IMG/VR virus record: IMGVR_UViG_3300033069_001536
Span: 2,386-66,385 of that record
Source of the DNA: a virus
Lineage: Duplodnaviria > Caudoviricetes
Reading direction: 5' to 3' (one strand)
Length of the DNA: 64,000 nt
The position numbers and the translations under genes were made by a program. Below the pieces are notes generated by a model that worked only from the letters and a program-made list of their open reading frames with translations, did not search any database and was not told the origin of the DNA. Numbering within the stretch: position 1 is the first letter of the stretch; each line of letters starts with the position of its first letter. Positions 57,440-64,000 of the stretch are shown piece after piece.

Positions 57440-60400
57440 GTGGGAAAAGCACCGGATAAGATACAGTTAATTGCAATGTATGGGTCCAAAGCCTTTACAT
57501 CAGCATCTACCAATACGTTCAGTTCCAATTATATTGGAAATTCAGCGGCGGAGGATCAGCGCATTGCGTTGTGGAAAGCCCGTGGTAACAATTTGGTGTA
57601 TCTTACCAATACCAATTTTATTTCTACGGGTGGTTTTATGGGTAGTACTTATACTACTGCCGGAAAAGCCAAACTGAAGGCTTTCATCAAGAAATGTTAT
57701 GATCAGGGAATCACTATTGGTGTGGTGGGTGGAATTGCTTATTCTACCGGCCCTGCTTATGGGGATGCAGCCTACAATCCCGGACCTGCCCAGCGGGTAG
57801 TGAACTACAATGCGGGAGTAGCATTTGATGAAAAGATTCAAAACTTTTTAATAGAAGAAGAATACTGGAGAGAGATTGCCGGAAATATGACGTTTGCTCA
57901 GTTTAAAACTGCGTGTCAGGCAACGTATAATATCCTTCATCCTGCAGGAGTCTCTAATGACGTTTATTACGTAAGGAATGCTCCGGGAGAAGCAGCACAA
58001 CTTGCTCCTTATATCGACATCTGGTGGATGACCATGTACTTGTCTGCTGCCAGTGGAGATAATCAGATCAGATATGACAAGATCCGTCCATGGATACAGG
58101 AATTAGCAGCAACATTACCTGCTACTCCGATTAAAGTCGGTGGACTGATCTCCCTTGAAAGCTATTCTTATAATAAAACAGGTGGCAATGATGCTGCCTC
58201 CAACTTTGTTGGTTATCAAGCGGAAGGTCGCAGGATCGGTGCTCCATTTGTTAATCCGCAGCCAATTGTCACTTCTGCTAAAAACTATAATCAGTTAGCC
58301 GACAAGATCACTCACAACGGTACCGTGGGTCTTCCTCCTATTGACTTCAATTCAGAGCCGGCATCGGTGACGGATTATATCAACTGGATGGGAATACAGG
58401 TATTTGATGATGACCTTAACCCTAATTTACCTCGGATCTTAGATGCTAATACCAATCAGGTGTTTGCTTTTGGTGACGGTTCTCCGCAGGATGCAGCAGA
58501 ATTTACAATAGCCCAGCAGGTAGCGGGACTTGTGCCTCAGAATGCAGCACGTTTCCTTTATTTGGGAGATGTGTATAATACCGGAACACAGGCTGAATTT
58601 ATCCAGAATACTTTTTCTTTTGATAAATTATACGGAACACAGAGTTCTCACAACTTACTGATCTTAACTTCTGCTACTCCAGGACAGCGGGAATGGGCGA
58701 ACAGATCAGTCGGTTATGATCCGTATTGGAATGGATCACTTGCAGGAGTAGGCTCTGTACAACCGAACTGGGATGGAGATCGAACGATCACCAATCCTCA
58801 CTATTACTCTTTTTATCTTCCTGCTGACGATGGCACACTGTGGAAATTTATCTCTATCAATTCGATGGAAGATGGTTTTCCCAATGGTGGTGTTACCGTA
58901 GGAAGTACAATGTATAACTGGCTGGTGAATGAATTAAATGATTCATCAGTAGGAAGACGGAAAATTGTTTTCTGTCATCACCCACGGTTCTCTTCTGACG
59001 GCACCTATGGCGATAATGCCAATATGCAACCGGTATGGGATGCCATGCAGAATAAGGCGATGATCTTGTTATCTGGTCGTGTTCATAACTATCAGCGGAT
59101 GAACATGCGTGATTCCGGTGGTAATGTGGTAGTGGGAGGTGGAGTGTATCAGGTGATCTCCGGAACAGGAGGAACAGCCACTTTTGGTTTTGCCGCAAGT
59201 TATTTAGCAGGAGCAATTGGATACAGAGCGACTAACAATGGAGCAACCCGGTTAACATTATATAATGATCACGTTGATGTATGCTTTGTCAGAAATGACG
59301 GAGTGGTGCTTGACTGTGCTTCTTTACCGGTAGCAACTACTATTCCTCCTATTGTCTATGCGGGACCCGATCAATCGATCACTCTTCCGGCACTGGCTAC
59401 TATGGCAGGAACGGCAACGGATACCAATACACCTTCCCTTACGTTAACGAATATCTGGACAAAGACTTCCGGACCGGGAACAGTAGTGTTCACTGATCCG
59501 AATTCTCTGACTACTACGGTAAGTTTTTCTGCTGCGGGAACGTATGTTTTAAGACTTACTTCTAATAACGGACAAAATTCATCTTTTGATGAAATGACGG
59601 TTACAGTAGGTACTGCTGCTGCTACGAAATTAGTGATCGTTCAATCGACTCCGGTGGGAGTAACGATTGCCATGAGCATTACTGATATCAGTGGTAATGG
59701 TAATGGAGTAACGAATTTCTCACGGACGTATTTACAGGCATCGACACCTGCATTAACAGCACCTTCTACTTTTGGTAGTTATGTGTTCATCAAATGGCTG
59801 AAAGATGGAGTAGATTTTTCCTATGGACTAACTATTACAGCAAGTGATACGATCAACCGTAGTTATACTGCTATTTATGCACTGACTCCGAATGTGGGGT
59901 ATGTGGTAACAATTAACAGTACTCCAAATGCGGGAGTAACAGTTGGTGGAACCTTCCCTGGCTTTCTTCCGCAATCAGGATATGTGATAGGTGGAGATAC
60001 GGTCACTCTTTCTGCTCCTGCTACTTTTAACGGGAACGCCTTTGTAGAATGGCAAAAGAACGGAGTGACTTTATCGGCAAGTCGGAATACAACGAATGTT
60101 GTTACAGCTGATTCTACCTATACTGCAGTTTATGCTCCGGGTGTAACAGGATATGCGGCGGTTTTTTATGCAACTTATGGTGCTACCTATTTTGATCCGG
60201 TAAAAGTGACCTATGTGGGGTCGGAAAACTCTTATATTAATATCTCTACCGGACTTCCTAGTACTTCGCTGAATTATGAACGGTCAACACTTGCCGGAGT
60301 TGGAGTGGACTTTTTTGTAGAATGTGGTCAGATTTATATAATTACAGGAAATGGGGATGGTAGCGGAAACGTATTCTCCTCTGTTCTTTCAGTTCCTTTT

Positions 60401-62680
60401 AAAGCGCTTCCTTCTGCTCAGATACAGATTACTCAGCCTACTGTTATTGGTGGTACAGGGCAATATATTATTTCTTCTCCGGGAGCTACGCCTTATAACG
60501 TTGTTCCGCTTGGTCAGGGAACGGCTGCGGGTGTGCTTTATACCTCAGCAGCACTGGTAGCGGGAAGTTACTCTCATGTAGTGGGATTAACAGCGATTGA
60601 AAGTGCAATTTTAACGAACTTAATTATTGACGGCGATCTTGCAACAGATCCGTTTACACTAGCAGTTCCATGGACAACTACAGGAACAGCAGCGTATGAT
60701 TTGACTTATCAGACGGTGGTTATTCCGGCGGCTTCTGCAGAATCCATTACGATTCCTATTAATACTTCTACAAGTCCTGCTTCAACAGTGAGGTGGCTGG
60801 TAGGTGTCTGGTATGGAGATGAAGGTGGTAGCGCAATTGCAGCGGGTGCGGTAGAGATTTTCTATAATGGAGTACTGGTCGTTAGTTCTATTAATATAAT
60901 GACACAATTTTTATCGGCAGTAATTACTCCGATAGCAGGATTGTATAATTTTCAAGTCGTATTTGATGGAACAGCAGCAGTAGATGTAAGTATTTACAGA
61001 GCAGTTGTATATGAATATGATGTTACGTTTGATGCAGTACTTGTAGATCCGGCATCGGTAACAGCAACAGAGGTAATTACCAATGTGACTTGTAATGGCG
61101 GAGCAGATGGTCAAATTGCATTGACTACTACCGGTGGTGTTGGTCCTTATACTTATCTGTGGACAAAAACAGGATTCCCTTCCAATGTTTATCCTAATAC
61201 AGCAACACTAACTGCTCTTGATGCAGGAACGTATAATGTTACTATCACAGATAATAACGGAGATACTTTTACAGATAGTTATGTAGTTACTCAGCCGGCG
61301 GCAATTATCGTCAATGTAACTACTACCAATGTTACTTGTAATGGATCAGGAAACGGAACATCTACTTTTGCAGCCAGCGGAGGAACAGCACCTTATACTT
61401 ATATTGTAGATGGTGTAACTCAGGCAAGCAATGTGGTCAGCAATATCGGTGTAGGCACACACACTTATCTGGTGATCGATTCCAATGGATGTACTTCTCC
61501 GGGAAGTTTCTCGATCACTCAGCCGACAGCAGTGACTTCTTCTTTAGCCATTACCGATGCACTTTGCTATGGTGGTTCTACAGGGCAGGTGGTGGTTACG
61601 GCCGGTGGCGGTGTGGCTCCTTATACGTACTCGTATGATGGGGCAGGATATATTTCCAGCAATACCAAGACAGGTCTTTTGGCCGGAGCACATACAGTCA
61701 TTGTAAAAGATGCCAATGGATGTTTAAAGTCTACGGATTATGCCGTAGGACAGCCGGCAGACATTGCGGTAGTAAAGACAGTGGTGAATCCAAGTTATAT
61801 CGGAGCTTCGGATGGTTCGATCGGTTTGGCAATTACAGGCGGGACATTCCCGATGGTTATTACCTGGACGGATGGAACGATCTTTAACTTAGCTTCTGCG
61901 GGAAGTATATTGTATGATGGACTTTCTGCGGCTACTTATACCGCTACGGTAGTAGATGCACACAACTGCTCAAAGAATGTATCTCAGGCATTGGTAGATC
62001 CACCGGATGTGCCACCGGTAAATCCACCGGATGATGTGGATGTAGATCGGTTTTCAGTACTTGCTAATTGTTGTCTGGGTGATAAGATCTATGAAGTATT
62101 TAAAGGTTATGCAAATGGGCATGCGGCACTGGAATGTTTGGCATATCCTGCGATGTTACTGAGTGAAAAGGTGAGTTTATTAAGAAAATGGTATTCACTG
62201 GGCCAGACATTAGGTGGAGCAAAAGGCATTTTTGTCTTTACCGTTTCTACGATTACGGGATTTAATAACCGCAGGTTTGTAGTGAGCTTATCGGGATTTA
62301 CTGCGGTAACATACAATGGAGATTCCAACATCAGTTATTCAGCGAACATGACAGCGTTTGTGGCTGCTCTGGATGCTGCAGGATATGATGTGGACTACGA
62401 AGTATCTTCCGGTTATATCTTTATTTATTCCCCAATGAACAGTTTTTACAATGGTATTGTGGTCAGTGTTGTGGTAACAGTTCAGCCTTCTGGAGCACCA
62501 ACAAAATCAGGTGTGATCTCTTCTACCGGATTCATGGGTGCAGTGACTCCATGTGTGACCAGTGAAAAGTTTACGCCGAATTGTTTATCGGTAACAGACA
62601 AGAATTTATTGATCGAACAGATCCGTATAGCATGCGATTCATGTTTGTGCGGAGGATATAAAATTAAAGACACGATATAA
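57440..62680 (+). CDS. multidomain tail/adhesin protein (metallophosphoesterase-like, PKD, B-repeat-like, SprB-like repeats)
   Basis: FGD/GDVY/HHP motifs; YAGPDQSI..AGTYVLRLT PKD; repeated TNVTCNG..G.I....GG..PYTY; Cys-rich C-terminus. Confidence 0.75.
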   Translation: MGKAPDKIQLIAMYGSKAFTSASTNTFSSNYIGNSAAEDQRIALWKARGNNLVYLTNTNFISTGGFMGSTYTTAGKAKLKAFIKKCYDQGITIGVVGGIAYSTGPAYGDAAYNPGPAQRVVNYNAGVAFDEKIQNFLIEEEYWREIAGNMTFAQFKTACQATYNILHPAGVSNDVYYVRNAPGEAAQLAPYIDIWWMTMYLSAASGDNQIRYDKIRPWIQELAATLPATPIKVGGLISLESYSYNKTGGNDAASNFVGYQAEGRRIGAPFVNPQPIVTSAKNYNQLADKITHNGTVGLPPIDFNSEPASVTDYINWMGIQVFDDDLNPNLPRILDANTNQVFAFGDGSPQDAAEFTIAQQVAGLVPQNAARFLYLGDVYNTGTQAEFIQNTFSFDKLYGTQSSHNLLILTSATPGQREWANRSVGYDPYWNGSLAGVGSVQPNWDGDRTITNPHYYSFYLPADDGTLWKFISINSMEDGFPNGGVTVGSTMYNWLVNELNDSSVGRRKIVFCHHPRFSSDGTYGDNANMQPVWDAMQNKAMILLSGRVHNYQRMNMRDSGGNVVVGGGVYQVISGTGGTATFGFAASYLAGAIGYRATNNGATRLTLYNDHVDVCFVRNDGVVLDCASLPVATTIPPIVYAGPDQSITLPALATMAGTATDTNTPSLTLTNIWTKTSGPGTVVFTDPNSLTTTVSFSAAGTYVLRLTSNNGQNSSFDEMTVTVGTAAATKLVIVQSTPVGVTIAMSITDISGNGNGVTNFSRTYLQASTPALTAPSTFGSYVFIKWLKDGVDFSYGLTITASDTINRSYTAIYALTPNVGYVVTINSTPNAGVTVGGTFPGFLPQSGYVIGGDTVTLSAPATFNGNAFVEWQKNGVTLSASRNTTNVVTADSTYTAVYAPGVTGYAAVFYATYGATYFDPVKVTYVGSENSYINISTGLPSTSLNYERSTLAGVGVDFFVECGQIYIITGNGDGSGNVFSSVLSVPFKALPSAQIQITQPTVIGGTGQYIISSPGATPYNVVPLGQGTAAGVLYTSAALVAGSYSHVVGLTAIESAILTNLIIDGDLATDPFTLAVPWTTTGTAAYDLTYQTVVIPAASAESITIPINTSTSPASTVRWLVGVWYGDEGGSAIAAGAVEIFYNGVLVVSSINIMTQFLSAVITPIAGLYNFQVVFDGTAAVDVSIYRAVVYEYDVTFDAVLVDPASVTATEVITNVTCNGGADGQIALTTTGGVGPYTYLWTKTGFPSNVYPNTATLTALDAGTYNVTITDNNGDTFTDSYVVTQPAAIIVNVTTTNVTCNGSGNGTSTFAASGGTAPYTYIVDGVTQASNVVSNIGVGTHTYLVIDSNGCTSPGSFSITQPTAVTSSLAITDALCYGGSTGQVVVTAGGGVAPYTYSYDGAGYISSNTKTGLLAGAHTVIVKDANGCLKSTDYAVGQPADIAVVKTVVNPSYIGASDGSIGLAITGGTFPMVITWTDGTIFNLASAGSILYDGLSAATYTATVVDAHNCSKNVSQALVDPPDVPPVNPPDDVDVDRFSVLANCCLGDKIYEVFKGYANGHAALECLAYPAMLLSEKVSLLRKWYSLGQTLGGAKGIFVFTVSTITGFNNRRFVVSLSGFTAVTYNGDSNISYSANMTAFVAALDAAGYDVDYEVSSGYIFIYSPMNSFYNGIVVSVVVTVQPSGAPTKSGVISSTGFMGAVTPCVTSEKFTPNCLSVTDKNLLIEQIRIACDSCLCGGYKIKDTI

Positions 62681-63196
62681 ATGGCAGAGGTAACAGCAAA
62701 ACAGCAGGTATTTAATGGTGCGTATGCACTGAGTAGTTCTACGCAACCGGTACTTGGAATCGATGTTTTCAGGGCGCTAGCTCCGATAACGGGCATTACC
62801 AGTATCCAGGAACTAAAGGTGACGTTGACAGCTGATGTATTACGTGGCATGGCTACCGGACCTTATACGCTTGTTGCATCACAGGGTGCAGGAACGGCGA
62901 TTCAGGTGATCTCAGCATCGGCACGAGTACGTTTTTCCGGAGATGTGTATGATAAGGGGGCAGATCTTGCAATTGTTTCTTATTCTCAGCTAGTGGCACA
63001 ATTCAAATGTCCGGATATCTTACAGGCAACACACAATGGAATATGGGTATTTAATCCGCTTGCTACTGCAGATACACACGAAGATGCATTAGAAGAAAAA
63101 ACGCAATTGGTGATCTATGATCCTACCGGTACGGATTCCACACAAGGAGATTCTGAAATTGATATTTATTTATCTTACAAAATAATTACGCTATAA
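62681..63196 (+). CDS. tail-associated protein, paralogous to C-terminal domain of 56813..57436
   Basis: shared pattern T.T...L..M..P.........G.AI..IS and G.S.....Y.I..L end. Confidence 0.5.
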   Translation: MAEVTAKQQVFNGAYALSSSTQPVLGIDVFRALAPITGITSIQELKVTLTADVLRGMATGPYTLVASQGAGTAIQVISASARVRFSGDVYDKGADLAIVSYSQLVAQFKCPDILQATHNGIWVFNPLATADTHEDALEEKTQLVIYDPTGTDSTQGDSEIDIYLSYKIITL

Positions 63197-63199
63197 AAA

Positions 63200-64000
63200 A
63201 TGAGTGCTCAACAGACAATATATGACCGTATAAAAGGTGACTTGCAGGATGACAAGATCCTACAGAATGTGACCCTGGAACGGTTGTGGTATTATTTTGA
63301 AGTAATAAAAGATATTACAGGTTCTGGCGGAGCTAACTTTTCTTATGGAACAGGAGAGCCAAGCGGAGGAAGTGATGGAGATTACTATATTCGGACGGAT
63401 GCTTTACAGATCTGGTATAACAACGGTGGTACGTGGGAAGTGGTTTTATCTCCTACGCCTATTCCATTAACAGGAGATCAGTTCAAAGCATTGATCGATG
63501 CTCCTTCCGGAATTATTAATGGGCAGCTATATGATGTAACGCAAGATGGAGGGGATGCTTATCAATTACCGGTCAGTATCACCGGAATGTATGTTACAGG
63601 TGGAAATAATCAATTTCTATCAGGAGTATTGGCTAAAATAACGCTCACCGGAAAATTAGAGTATGCTACTTACTACACTTCTGATAATGATATTTTTCAG
63701 AATAGTATTGCTACCATGTCGGTAGATTTAGCTCAAGCATATTTTACAGGAAACGATATTCAAAATTCTACTGTAATTGTCAATACGGATTATATTATTG
63801 ATAATTCAGGTGCAACTCAACTTCCTACTGGAATATCCAGAATAAAAGGGAGGGCGGTACTTGATCCATCAGGGAATGTAGTATGGGACAAAGCAAATTG
63901 TGAAGCATGGGTAACAGCCCTTTCTACCTATGTTCCTTGTACGTATGATGTGGCAACGAATAAAGTTTTCTGCAAGTACATCGCATGGGCAGGTAATATT
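63200..64000 (+). CDS. tail fibre-like protein (3'-truncated by window)
   Basis: open frame to the window end; GTGEPSGGSDGDYYIRTD..W motif; not in ORF track. Confidence 0.6.
   Translation, partial: MSAQQTIYDRIKGDLQDDKILQNVTLERLWYYFEVIKDITGSGGANFSYGTGEPSGGSDGDYYIRTDALQIWYNNGGTWEVVLSPTPIPLTGDQFKALIDAPSGIINGQLYDVTQDGGDAYQLPVSITGMYVTGGNNQFLSGVLAKITLTGKLEYATYYTSDNDIFQNSIATMSVDLAQAYFTGNDIQNSTVIVNTDYIIDNSGATQLPTGISRIKGRAVLDPSGNVVWDKANCEAWVTALSTYVPCTYDVATNKVFCKYIAWAGNI

Overview
The whole window reads as one contiguous dsDNA phage genome segment with a probable Bacteroidota host. Evidence for the host: TAnnTTTG promoter boxes, A-rich starts without Shine-Dalgarno sequences, DUF3127/DUF4373-type genes and SprB-like repeats. 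The standard genetic code gives dense coding throughout. Layout: (1) 1-4.2 kb rightward replication/recombination module (RusA, initiator, DnaB-like helicase, SSB-like protein, a deleted MTase, HNH). (2) 4.2-17.6 kb leftward early/accessory arm with a dual-frame C5 methyltransferase, an N6-adenine MTase, many small ORFs and an XRE regulator. (3) 16.9-18.2 kb control region containing a dif-like XerCD site. (4) 18.2-25.9 kb rightward small genes. (5) 25.9-64 kb crAss-like podovirus morphogenesis module (TerL, portal, scaffold, capsid, ring proteins, muzzle, three ejection proteins, tail/adhesin proteins), interrupted by a GIY-YIG endonuclease and an inverted nucleotidyltransferase + HD-hydrolase cassette. 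The most notable signals are non-coding: five covarying hairpins in front of early-gene starts, five late promoters with an upstream box at an invariant 54-nt distance, a second promoter class with a different box at 53-54 nt, a uORF/pseudoknot leader on the initiator, and the dif-like site. All protein family calls come from motif recognition by eye; no database search was run.
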